Of a stretch of DNA of 64,000 bases, positions 15,540 to 30,213 are shown piece by piece (position 1 is the first letter of the stretch; every line of letters begins with the position of its first letter). The stretch lies in NCBI RefSeq assembly GCF_009914755.1, contig NC_060940.1. One strand, given 5' to 3'. The notes under the pieces are model-generated. The model was not told the DNA's origin. It saw only the letters and a program-made list of their open reading frames with translations, and made no database searches. Made by a program: the position numbers and the translations under genes. The stretch comes from the human T2T-CHM13v2.0 reference genome, Homo sapiens.

Positions 15540-15869
15540 TTACAAGTGACTTGTCCAGAGTGACACACACAAATCAACTTAAAGAAGAGGAACCTTGGCT
15601 GACCTTAGATTTGGCTCCAGAATCTGTACTTTTAATCTCCATGCCTTCCAGAAATTATTCGGACATGAATTCAGGCATTGTGGTTGGTGCTGGAAAGACA
15701 AGGGTACGCAGAAGCAATGGATTCTTGTTCTTGTGGCATTTGCCTTCCAGTAGAGAAGAAAGATGTAATCAATTAAAGTAAATAAGGTTAAAATTACAAG
15801 CATAATGACTACTCTGAAGGAACAATACCCAGTACTGTAAGATAATATAATAAAGGCTGCAATTTGAGC

Positions 15870-15966
15870 ATATTTAGTGAGAGATCTAACCTATTGGAGG
15901 ACCAGGGAGATTCCTCTGAATAAGTGGCATTTGAGATGAGATCTGAAGGATGAGTAGAAGGTGAAG

Positions 15967-16017
<51 letters not shown>

Positions 16018-16600
16018 GCAATCCAAGCAGAGGAAATAGCATGTGTAAAAACCTCACAGTGGGAAGGTGCATCGCATGCTGGAAAAACTAAAAGCTCAGA
16101 GTGCTGGAGCTCTGGGAGACACGGAGAAGGATGACTTAGGATGAAGCTGGAGAGGAAAGACATGCAAGGACTTGTAGGCCACGTTAAAGAGTTAGGGTTT
16201 TGTCCTAGGAAAGATGGAGAACTGTTTAATGGTTTTAGCAGAGGGGTGGCACGTTCAGGCATATTCTTTGAAATGATCATCCTAATTGCTATGTGGGCAA
16301 TGGATAGGAGGGACAAGAGTACGTACATCTAGGAAGTTCTTCCAGTAGTCCAGGAAAAACATTTCTGGTGGCTTAGACTAGGGAGATGGCAGTGATGATG
16401 GAAAGAAGTGGCTGACTTTGAATGATATTTGGGAGGTAAAACTGAATGGCTATGTCACTGGCTTGCCTTTGAGGGGTGAGAGAGAGGAAAGTCAGCAGGA
16501 ACTCCTGGGTTTGTGGCTGGCTTGTGTAACAGGATGGGAGAATGATGGTTTTATTCACCAAGACAAACCATAAGGACAGGAGCAGGGTTGGGGGTAGAGG
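15870..16600 (-). mobile_element. L2 fragment
   Basis: gtggcatttgagatgagatctgaaggatgagtag...ggttttagcagagggg...gatcatcctaattgctatgtgg. Confidence 0.75.
15969..16014. repeat. (GT)n microsatellite, ~23 units
   Basis: Direct reading. Confidence 0.97.
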
Positions 16601-18259
16601 ACCTGTGCTCACTTAATCTGTTCAGCACACCCTATACCCACTTCCTTTGAAGAACTGTTAATCCAGTCATAGGGTTTTTGGTTACATTTACCTTCAGAAA
16701 GCCCTGCTGACCTGGCTGTAGTGCACTGTGCTTCAGTGTGGTAACAGTGTTGATGCAGGCAGTGGCTTAGTGACCCAGGCTTGCACGATGAGATTCCTTT
16801 TCATGAATGTTTAAGGTTGGAAGTGAAAATGAACGGGACTTACCTTTAGAGTCTTGGAGCAGCAAGGATAGGGTGTCGGAGCTGCTTTCTGGTCATTTCT
16901 TACCTATGGAGAAAAGTAGTTGGCAATAGGAGAGAAGGTAGATAGAGGTAAGCAGAAATGGGAGAGAGAGAGAGAGAAAGAAAGAGAGACTTTCTTTTGT
17001 TGTTTAAATTCCTAAATCCAGGCATGCTCAAGACTAACTCTATCCAAGAAATTTCTAGTTACTTAAGCCAATATATTTCCTTTTAAGTCTCAACCCAGTT
17101 TGAGGTGAGTTTCTCCAATTAGGTATGATAACGAGCCTCCAAGAATGTTGAGTTTCAGGTGATTTTGAGACATCTATGTATAGATATCAGATAGGCAGTG
17201 GGATGCATGTACCTGAGCTCAGAAGAGAGGACAGGGATAGGAGATATAAATTTGGAAATTATCGGCATAAAGGCAATAATTGAAGCCATGGTCTGTGGTG
17301 ATTTTGCACAGGGAGTAAGTATATGCTGATAAGAGAAGGGGGTTTAGGATTGGACTTTGAAATTGGAGAATATAGAAAGATGAGCTTGTAAAGGATGCAA
17401 AGACATAGGAGGACAATAAGAAAGAAGATGTAGTTTGATGGAAGTAAGGGTTTTAAAAGGGAGGGAGTGATCAACCATGTTGGATGTCACTAAAAGATCT
17501 TCTGCACTGAAGTCTGAAAAATGTCCACTTAGTTTAGATGTAGCTGGAGAAAGAGTTGACTTTTTAAAGATATGTCTTAACATCGTGAGAGCTAGGAGAT
17601 GCCAGTGTAATACTAAAGATATCTCTAAAGGTCCAGAAAGACAGAAATGGGTCAGCATTTAGTTTTAGTTCTCAGGAAGTTGCTGGGGCAAAGGGAGGGA
17701 AATGAATTGCTTGTTTAAGAAATACTTAAGGCATCCATTCTTTACCAGGTGTTGTACGAGATGCCAGGGAGATGGTAAATAATAAGGCACTTTTATCCTT
17801 GTGAAACTTGATCTAAATAAGAAGACAGACAGACAATTTAGCTTAATAAATGCAAAGTGTGTCAATTTGAATACTTTTGGCTGTAAGCAAGAGGAAACTT
17901 AATGAACAGTGACTTAGGACATTTAGATTTCACTTCGCAAGAAATCCAGATAGGTAGTGCTGGGATAGATTCAGCAGTTTATCGGTATAGGAAGGGAAAG
18001 CTGTTTACATCCTTCCATTTGGCCACTGTTACCTGTTGGATTTTGAACTATAGTTTGTTGCAGCATGAACTCAAGATGGTAGCTGCAGTTCTGGGCATCA
18101 TATGCTAGCATAAGAGTATGTGAAGAAAGAGTAGAGGAAAAGTAGCAAAAAGACTTTTTCTTCAGGCAGCCCTTAACTTTTATGGGGCAGAGAATTCCTT
18201 CCAGAAGACCACAGTATATTTGCTCTACATCCTCCTGCCCATAACTGGATCACATTCAT

Positions 18260-19330
18260 TTATCATATTATCCATTTATTTTTTTAAAATCTGTTCACCA
18301 GACACTGTTGTGGATATGGAGTATACACCAGTGAGCAAAACAAACTTCCTTCTTAAATAAGTCAATATGGGAAAATGCTCATTGTAGTGTCTGGCCCATA
18401 GTAAAGGTTCTTTCCGTGAGTGTTATACACAATTTCATGGAACTTATATTCTATGGGGGAAGACAGATAATAAACAGGTAAATTTATAATATGTCAGGTG
18501 ATGGTAAATGAAATGAAGGAAAATAAGGCACAGGAGAGAAAATAATGGACAATTAAAGAATGTAGTTAGGGGAGGCTTGTGGGATAGATCACTGAAGGAC
18601 ATAAGTGAGGAATATCATGTGGAAATCTGGAAGAAGGACATTCCAGCTGAGGGAATAGCCTTAATGCATGGCTGTGATTGGCATGTTTGAGAGGCTGCAA
18701 GGAGGTCAATGAGACTGGGACACAGTGAGGAAGCAGGAGAGTTAAGACATGAAGTCAGCTAGATAGGTAGGAGCCAGATCCCATAAGACCCCTAGTAAGA
18801 TGGGAGCCCTGGTGGGATTGAACAGAAGGTATACATGATATGATATATGCAAGTGCTGGTGAAGAATCATTTATAGGGAGACAAGAGAGAATGCAGGGAA
18901 AAAATGGCAAGGTTACCGTAGGACCCCAAGTTTGAGAGGTAATTGTTGTTTGGACTGGCTGGTGAGCATAGGACTGGTAAGAATTGCTAAGAATTGGTTC
19001 TTCCTGCTCTAAGGCTCCTTCCCTTCATTTTCACCTCCAACCTTAAAAAATCCATGAAAAAGAATCCCATTGTGCAAGCCGGGGTCACTAATCCAATGCT
19101 TGCACCAGTCACATCACCACACTAAAATACAGTGTTTGGAATATATTTGGAAGATTATGTCTGGGTTACTGGACAAAATGAGAAGTCATGGATGAATTAT
19201 AGATTTATGGCTGGACAGCTGGAAGAATGGAGTTTCTATTTAATGAAGAGGAGTAGTTTTAAGGGGAAAGATCAGGACTTTCATATTGGACATGAGATGC
19301 CCATTAGACTTCCAAGTGGACAGTTGGATG
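18260..19330 (-). mobile_element. L2a fragments
   Basis: ccagacactgttgtggatatggagtatacaccagtgagcaaaaca...catggaacttatattcta...tgagatgcccattagacttccaagtgga. Confidence 0.7.
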
Positions 19331-21293
19331 AACAAGTCTGTCTCATCTTGGACTACTCAGTCTTTGGCAAAAAAGAGCAGGCTGTCTTAGTCCAACCATG
19401 AGTCATCTTCTAGAGCTGGGCACGTTGTTGCCCAAACAAAAGATGAGTTCTGTTAGCAAGAAAAGAAGGGGATGCCTGTTAGGTAGGCAAGTAACAGTGC
19501 CTACCACAGTGACCCAAAGGAAGTGACACTTCAACTGAGAAGTGAGAGTTTTGTAGGAATGAGTCACAGACTAAGAGTTAGTAGTGAGGGAAGAGTGTTT
19601 GGGCATAAGGAACAGTGTGTGCAAAGGCTTGGAGGAGGAGAGGACATGGTACATAAACATACCATGGTGAAATGATTCTTTTCTTTAAATGTGCCTGCGG
19701 TGTGTGTTATTACAGGTGGGGGTTTAGGGGGGCTGTAAGTCCTGTCTAACCTTAGGGATCCCAGGGAACACTCACTTACTTTGAATTGAGGATTGCCTTG
19801 CAGAACTACCTTTTATGGGCTTGCCTTAGTCTTTTTTTTACATTTTTTTCCTTTTCATTTTTCCCCTCTGATGGCACATGGCTGCATAATAATGAAATAC
19901 CCTTCTTTCCCATAAAGCAATATTTTTTCACAAATTGCATTCAAAGGAATTAACATTTCCAGCTTGTCTGACTCACTTGGCAGGAACATGTTTGCCTGCC
20001 CACATGTGGGATGGCCCAGTTGACCATCACACTGAAAATGAAAGCCCGTCAGCGTATTTATGCACAGACAGTTCTTGAGAGGCTGTTGAGTAGTTGTTTT
20101 TCCTTCCATTTTCACAGTGACATCTGTTGGATTACACCTGACATTCTGCAAAGTGTGTATGTGGGATACTGCCCAGTGCAAGAGGAGAATGAAAGAGAAG
20201 GAGGGAAAGAACGTCATGAGGGAAAGAAAGACAAACACATTTCCATTTTATAGTTTCTGCCTAAATATTTGTCTGGCAACCTCTGTTCCTGAAAGAGTAT
20301 TGGGTGCATTTGTTTCATGATTCAAATGCATATTTATGCCAAAATGTCCCTTCTCTGTGCAAGACACATAAAGCTGCAAGGAAGACGTAGAAGATGTGGG
20401 GAGGCTTTTATACATCTTCCTGCTCAACTGTGACTGGATTTCTCTAGTGCACCCTATTTTATTAAACTCTGAAAGAAGATTTCGATCCTTTGTTGTCAGT
20501 GTTCTGTTTTGGCAGCGTGTAGCCCATTCAGGAAACTTCCATTTGTTAGATAACTGCCTGAAGGATTCTACTGGGAGTGGGTTGACATACTTAGGGTTTT
20601 TCAAAGAATAAAACTACTCAATTAATTCTGTCCTAAAATTAACTTGCTACCTTGTGTACCTTACAGTGCAAATGGTTTTCATTAAAACCTGCAGGGCTCT
20701 ACCAGATCTCAGAGGGTACAAACCCCAGAACTGACAGAGCTGTCTTCCTGCATACCTTGGAGACTCCATGAGAAGGGTTATTTGGTCTACCAAAGGTAGA
20801 TATATGTTCTCACGTATCATTTTACTAACACCATTTTATTTGTGTAGGTCCAATACACACACTGCCCAACAACCCTCATGTTCCTTTTCTTTTGTTTGAT
20901 TTTGATTTGCTTTTCACCTACTGAGGAATGATGCTGGCCTTACGGGAACTTACGTTGATTTCTCAGACAATACCGGGCCAGGGCATATGGATACAGTGTC
21001 ACCTGGGAAAGGTCACAATATTTTAACAGGCTATTTCAAGTGGATTTTGGAAGAAATGATGTGGTACAGTCTGCTGAACATTTATACAGCCTTGAAAACA
21101 CAGGGCAGTGAGGCATCACAGGCTCTGGAGCCAACTGCTTGGCTGTGGTTATTGACTGCATGACCTGCTGGCTGTGGGGCCTGGGATGAGTTATTGACCT
21201 AGTATGTGACTCAGTTTGCTTATCAGTAAAATGGAACTACTAATAGCAGGACTTCATGGGGGTAGTTGTAAGGATTACATGAGATGGCACATG

Positions 21294-21649
21294 AGTATTA
21301 GTCTGTTTTCATGCTGCTGATAAAGACATACCCAATAATGGGTTATTTATAAAGAAAAAGAGGTTTAATGGACTCACAGTTCCACATGGCTGAGGAGGCC
21401 TCACAATCATGGTGGAAGGGGAAAGTCACGTCTTACATGACAGGAGACAAGAGAGAATGAGAAACAAGTAAAAGAGGTTTCCCCTTATAAAACCATCAGA
21501 TCTTGTGAGACTTATTCACTACCGTAAGAACAATATTGGGGAAATCACCCTTATGATTCAGTTATCTCCCCGGGTCCCTCCCCCATGAGGGAATTGTGGG
21601 AGCTACAATTCAAGATCAGATTTGGGTAGTGACACGGCTAAACCATATT
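21294..21649 (-). mobile_element. THE1 (THE1D-like) solo LTR inserted in a MIR
   Basis: gtattagtctgttttcatgctgctgataaagacataccc...aaaccatcagatcttgtgagac...aaaccatatta. Confidence 0.92.
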
Positions 21650-22275
21650 AACATGCAAAGCTCTAGAAAATAAACACGATAAAGGAAGAAGATGTAGATT
21701 TTGTTTTTAAAAATTAAGAAGTCAGTTATCAATATAAATATAGAATATATGGACAAGTTAATTCAGGTGCCTTTGGTAGTTTCTTTTTAAACCAGCTATG
21801 TATGTTCCTTTAGCATGTATGATTCTTTCCTCAAATCTTCATTGGATTTCAACCAAGCAACCATATTTATCTAACATTGGATGGTTATTTATAACTGTCT
21901 GCTAACTCTAGTACTGTTCAGGGTTCTAGGAATACACAAATAAATCATAAGCCATGAAAAAGTGGTACAAATTTGACCAGTATACCCTTTGAAAATCACA
22001 TGTGATCATTGAAGCCGTCTTAGTTTGGGCCCACATTTTTGCAGTAACATCTGAAAGAATGGATTTGTCCATTTGCCTAACAATTTTTTATCTCTTTTAC
22101 TCAAAATATCCTCGATGAAGCTCAGATGCTTTTCTTCTTCAGCCTAGAAGTGATTTACTACTGTTCTCCAGTCATCATACTTTTCTCCCATCATTCTTTG
22201 TATTTATGTTCTTTATATTTATGTCTTGTCTGAATATTTCTAAATCACCTACTAAATAGAAATCTACCAGCTGCT

Positions 22276-22580
<305 letters not shown>

Positions 22581-22794
22581 CTACCACCTGCCATTGTTTC
22601 CCCCAAAAAATATAAACATTTTGAGCCAGGATAGTGTCTGTATTCAAGAAAGATTTGGAAAATAAAGCAGTGAAATGAATACAGAAGAGCCATCTTTTTC
22701 TTGTTCAATGCTGAGCAATTTCAGCAGATACCTGCCACACTGGGGCGAAACAGAAGTTTAAATAAAGTCACTAATGACTATGTTTCCATACTAA

Positions 22795-23100
<306 letters not shown>

Positions 23101-23968
23101 CCCTCAACTTTTTTTTAAATGTAACTCTGTTCGTCTAACAGCGAAGTCATCACCTGAACCCGAAGTAGAGCTGGCTCATAAAATTCCTCATCCAATATTA
23201 AAGGAGGTCAGGTCACTGGCAACTTCGTTAACTCGTTGTGAATTAAAACAATGAGTTTGTTGAGTTCGTGGACATTTTAAAATTTAATAACTTTAGAAAG
23301 ATATTTGGTGGCTTAAATCTCTAGTCATTATGTGAAAACCTCGTCAAGTTTTTTTTTTTTGCTGCTATTTTTCAAAGATAGGCTTTCCTTTTGTCCCCTG
23401 GGGAGATTAGGTATTTTTTGTGCTTTCTTGCCTTTTCTCCCTCTTCTATTTCATTATCTTCCTTCCTCCCTCTTTTTTTTTTTTTTTTAAATAGGAACAG
23501 CAGTCACTTGTGTATGTTATCACACCATGATACAGGATACTTTTAATTCTACTACTATTTTTGTTTTTCATAGGCACCCTTTTCCAGAAATGCTGCGTCT
23601 CTAAATGCATGGGCATGCAGCATTTCTGAAAGATGATTTTTCACAGGAGTGTATCAGAGGATGGAATGGCTTCCTGGTCATCTCATTTATTTATTCTGTC
23701 ACCATTGACTTGCTCTTAGGAGCCATCTAAAGGTTGTGATTTACTTACCACAACCATATCCGAAAAATAGCCTTTCTTCCCCTTAGCCCCCGGTTTTTAA
23801 CGTAAACATTGTACATTATAAGAAGTTTAGAAAATACCAAAAGTACCTAGAGAAAAATTACATTCTCCCATAATCCTACCATCCAGAGGATATCTTTTCT
23901 GTGCCAAAAGCCTTTAAATCATTCTAACTGCTCCCCCTTTAACCCAGTGATATATGCCAGAGTTTATT

Positions 23969-24284
23969 AAAAGCTATAGTATAATCCCAAATTTGAGATA
24001 ATACTAATAGTTAAATATATATGCACATATACTAATTTGCGTATAATGCAAACAATTGGATGCAATTTGAAAATTATATTTAATTGTAAATTCTATATTG
24101 TGTATAGAACTTATATATTGCAATTTATATATAATTTAAAAATATAGATTGCACATTAAATAGAATGCAAATACATATAATTTACATATAATGAATATAA
24201 ATATACATATATACATATAATTAAATAAATGCATATATTTAATTATTGGTATTATCTCAAATTTGGGATTATACAATAGTTTTT
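23969..24284. repeat. AT-rich inverted repeat (~55-bp arms, ~205-bp AT-rich spacer)
   Basis: gtataatcccaaatttgagataatac (23979-24004) is the exact reverse complement of 24249-24274. Confidence 0.95.
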
Positions 24285-24350
24285 AACTATGTTTTCCACT
24301 TACACATAGAATATTGTCATAGTCTCATGCTTTTGAATATTCTATTACAA

Positions 24351-24583
24351 CAGTGGCTTTCAATTTTTCTTTTACTATGCCTTGCAGTCAGAAATGCATT
24401 TTATATAATGACCTAGTATAAACACACATGCATTAGAAAAAAAGTTTCACAAAACCATGCTTACTATGAATAATGGACTCTTACATTTTCTGTTCTTTCA
24501 TTCTATTTAAAAGGCTGGCCAAGGCCCACTAAATTGGTTTCCTGACTCATTAATGATTTGTGACCCACAGTTTGAAAACTGCT
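24351..24583. mobile_element. hAT-Charlie (Charlie4-like) element
   Basis: Ends cagtggctttcaa and gacccacagtttgaaaactgct. Confidence 0.6.
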
Positions 24584-24642
24584 TTGTTGCTGCATGAATT
24601 TTATTGGTTGTGTAGTGTTCATTGTATGGAATGGGTGTATTA

Positions 24643-24927
24643 TAATGTATTTACCTGATGTTATACAGTTGAACATGTAAATTGCTTTCAATGTTTTTCT
24701 AGTCCTAAAACATTGCAGTGAACAAGTGGGTATGAAACACGTCCACACACACACACTTACACACACATTTTCTTTGTATTTCTAATGTATTTACTTGATG
24801 TTATACAGTTGAACATGTAAATTGCTTTCAATGTTTTTCTAGTCCTAAAACATTGCAGTGAACAAATGGCTATGAAACACACACACACATACACACACAC
24901 ATACACACACAGACCCCATTTTCTTTG
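24643..24927. repeat. 140-bp tandem duplication
   Basis: taatgtatttac(c/t)tgatgttatacagttgaacatg...aaaacattgcagtgaacaa at 24643 and 24783. Each copy ends in a (CA)n run plus cattttctttg. Confidence 0.95.
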
Positions 24928-26422
24928 AATAAATTTCTGGGCATTTATCACTGGGTTAAAGGGTGAGCAGTCAGGGTGATTTAAAGGCTTTTGGTACACA
25001 TTACTAAATTTTTCTCCAGGAAGCTTATATAAATATTTACACTCTTGCCAGCTTTGTCTGGATATGCCCTGTTCTCCCTGCCCTCACATATGAAAACCAT
25101 ATTCTTTGAGTTGACTTAGAATCTCAGTCACAGATGAAATTCGTGGCATCAGTCAATAGCGAGGGGAGAAGTGTTTTCAGCAGTGATTGGTTTGATATAT
25201 GACTGAAATTGCTATTGTGTCTAAATTGTATTATGTTAATGTCCCATGCAACATGCTCTGTAGGTGACGTTTAGCATTGCATTTACATTTCTCACATATG
25301 CTGCCAAAAAGAAATGCATACTTTAAGAATTTCATGATGCTTTGTAGATCCTTTCTATTTTCCATTCTCAGTGGTCATGGATTCACTGATTCTCAGAAGG
25401 GGTGTGGATTCGGCAACCCCACATGGCACAATTGTCAGGACAGGCCTCACTTCAAATGCTCAAGCTATCCATAGGTCTACTTAACATTTCTTACTTGGTA
25501 TCCCTACTTTGGAGTTGGAGAATATAATCTCTGTAAGAACAGGTATGTACTTACATTTAGAGCAGCTATTACTCAGCATTGTTTGCAAAATCTCAATTGT
25601 CTAGCAAAAAGGACCCATATATATAAGATCCATTTTATTATTAATAGCAAAAGACTGGAAACCACCTAAGTGTATCAGAAGCTGGTTAAAAACATTATGG
25701 CATATCTGCAGAAGGGATGCAATGCAGTTACGGAAAAGAATGAGACAGAGATGTATATAGAGATATGAAGCAATCTCCAAGATCTGCTGTTGAAGAGAAA
25801 AACAAGATGCAGAGTGACATGTAGTATACATCCTTTACACCATGAATTTCCCTTTAAAAAATATGTTTGTATTACTTCAATTAAAAATAGATAATGGAAA
25901 AAAAGGTTAGCAAGTGTAAGATACTTTAGAAAAATATATCCATCAGGGAAAAAATAACACTCAATTGTCTAATATTGATAGTGTGTTGTTTCTGGTTGAG
26001 GATTTTGAACCAAGTTCTGCCAGAGTGGAGAAAATCTAACAGACACTTGGAAAGAGTTAACTCCTCCTTCTACAATGCCCCATTCACTTCCATGGCTTCC
26101 ACCCCATTCACACCCAGGGAGAACCCACATCATTCAGTCATACTTAATCCATTTACGGGGTGACTTTTTGATGCTGAATTATGCCATTCGGTACACCTCA
26201 TGACTAGAATTATGATCAGCTTCTAGGGTTGCTGATCATTCAGGTGTTTTATGGAAGACTAAAACTAGGACAAAAATACACATGTGCACACATACTTTAA
26301 AATTATGATTTCAACATTATGGACCTCGTGGAAATACTGGGGTGAGCTTGAAGAAAGTAGGTTTGGCTTAGTGTGGAGGTCCAGAAAAGTTATCACTTGA
26401 ATTTAACCTTACTCTTGTTCTG

Positions 26423-26733
<311 letters not shown>

Positions 26734-27234
26734 TGTATTTTTTCAGTAAGTTTATTATATTCAGCTTTTAGAGTAATTCTGACTCAGGCTCAAATATCAG
26801 GTCTGTGTGACCTTGGGCCAGTAGCTTGGCTTCTCTGTGCTTATTATTTTGATTTGCAAAGAACATATAATACTTTTGCCATATCGCTGTTGATTGGATT
26901 AGATAAAATAAAGTATATAAAGAGCCTAGCCTGACGGCAGACCCTTCATAAGGACTGAATAACTGATAACCGTTTATGATGATGATGATGATTAGGGAAG
27001 AGAGACTGTAGGTAAGGAAAGTATTCATGGGAATTAAAGAAAGCCTCTGGGCAGAGTAGGGCCAGCAGGATCAGAGCAACCAACAGCGCCCTCAGTAATA
27101 CGGAATCAGAGACTCGGTGGGATAGTGGCAACGATACAAACCAACACTCCAGAAGAGTCTCCAGTGTTTGTTTCCTTACATCTTCTGTTTCTCAGTAATG
27201 ATAACTAGTAACACCCTTAAAAAGTTTTAGTCTT

Positions 27235-27717
<483 letters not shown>

Positions 27718-28765
27718 CTAATGGTGTGAAAATCTTGTGGTTTCCTGCATTGGCCACAAGTTCTAAATATATGCATATGGAATCTTGTGAAATCCCAGCC
27801 TTGCTATAAACGCCACAGCACGCCCACATCCTTCTGATTTGGGACAGGCAGAAAGCATGGAGTAGATTCAGGTTCCATCCTGGTGCCTGGATCCCCATCC
27901 TCTTTTGATGACGTGTAGTTAGGTTCCACGCTACCACCTGGGCAGGCAGAACAGCAATAGAGAGGAAGTTCCTTTCTGGGATTGCAATCGCAAAGACAGA
28001 TTTCGAAGTACAAATTAGTGATGCCTTGTATTGTAACAGACTTGAATCCTCTAATTTTTCACTCATTTCCTTTCCCTTCTTGTTGTCATGGGGACTTCTT
28101 TTCCCTGAGTTATTATATCTTGCACTTCGGCAAAAATTTTATTGCTTTGGGACCATCGAGTCTCACGTGGGTCGTTTTTCACTGCTCGTGGTATAATACA
28201 CAGAGGTAATTTCTTTCAAATGATTTTTGCTTGAAGTGGTTTTCAATGAATTGAGAAGGATAAGAGGACCGAGCTTCCAGCCTCGGGTACAGGTATGGAG
28301 TTTGTACCCTCCGCCTTTCCAGAGCATTAAATGAGAGCTGTCCAATTGCTCTGGTGGCTCATACACAGGCAGCAATCTGTTTGATTCCCTTGTCTAACCA
28401 CAAAGAGAAAAGAAAAAGGGCATTATTTAATGCTATAATCTGTTTAAATCTCTTCCAGGTCACTTTTGAGAGTTTTATTTTATTTTGAAACTGGATGGTT
28501 TTATCAAAGAAGGAATAGTTATTACTTCTCAAAGGTGTACTGGGGAAATGGTTAGACAATGCAGTCTCAATGGCGGCATGGTGGTGTTAAATTATGTCCT
28601 GGGTCTTGCTCTGGTAGCCTCTGGTTTTTATCTATTTTTGGTGTTTTTCAAGGCTCTTGTATAGGTGACATTTTTTTCTTCCTGTTGGTACTTTGAGCCT
28701 AAACAGTAAGAAAGTTGGTACTAGAACAGCTCCTTGGGTTGTTTTCTTCTTGTTTCATTTTATAT

Positions 28766-29262
28766 TTCCTTCCTTCCTTCCTTCTCCTCCCTCCCTCCCT
28801 TCCTTCTTTCCTTCCTCCCCTCCCTCGTCCTTCTCTCCCTCTCTCCCTCTCTTCCTTATCTCCCTCTCTTCCTCCCTCTCTCCCTTCTTCCTTCCTTCCT
28901 TCTCCTTCCTTCCTTCCTTCTTTCCTTCTCTTTTCCTTCCTTCCTTCCCTCCCTCTGTCCTTCTCTCCCTCTCTTCCTTATCTCCCTCTGTTCCTCCCTC
29001 TCTCCCTTCTTCCTCCCTTCTCCTTCCTTCCTTCCTTCTTTCCTTCTCTTTTCCTTCCTTCTTTCCTTCCCTCCCTCCGTCCTTCTCTCCCTCTCTTCCT
29101 TCTCTCCCTCTGTTCCTCCCTCTCTCCCTTCTTCCTTCCTTCCGTCCTTCCTTCCTTCCTTCTCTCCCTCCCTTTTTCCTCCCTCTTTTTCCTCTTTTCC
29201 TCCGTTCTTTACTCTCTTCCTCCCTCACTTTCTCCCATCCTTCTATCCCTCTTCCCTCCCTG
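28766..29262. repeat. CT-rich polypyrimidine tract with internal ~125-bp period
   Basis: Almost pure C/T. gtccttctctccctctc recurs at 28827, 28957 and 29079. Confidence 0.95.
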
Positions 29263-29267
29263 CCTGA

Positions 29268-30213
<946 letters not shown>

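Larger units (their letters stand above)
23795..25090 (-). mobile_element. L1ME-like 3' region, rearranged
   Basis: cccataatcctaccatccagaggata, tttgggattatac and gcatttatcactgggttaaagggt are typical antisense L1ME 3' pieces. Confidence 0.6.

Noticed and set aside
20925-21080. Possible C/D-box snoRNA
   Set aside because: No proper RUGAUGA/CUGA pair with a terminal stem.
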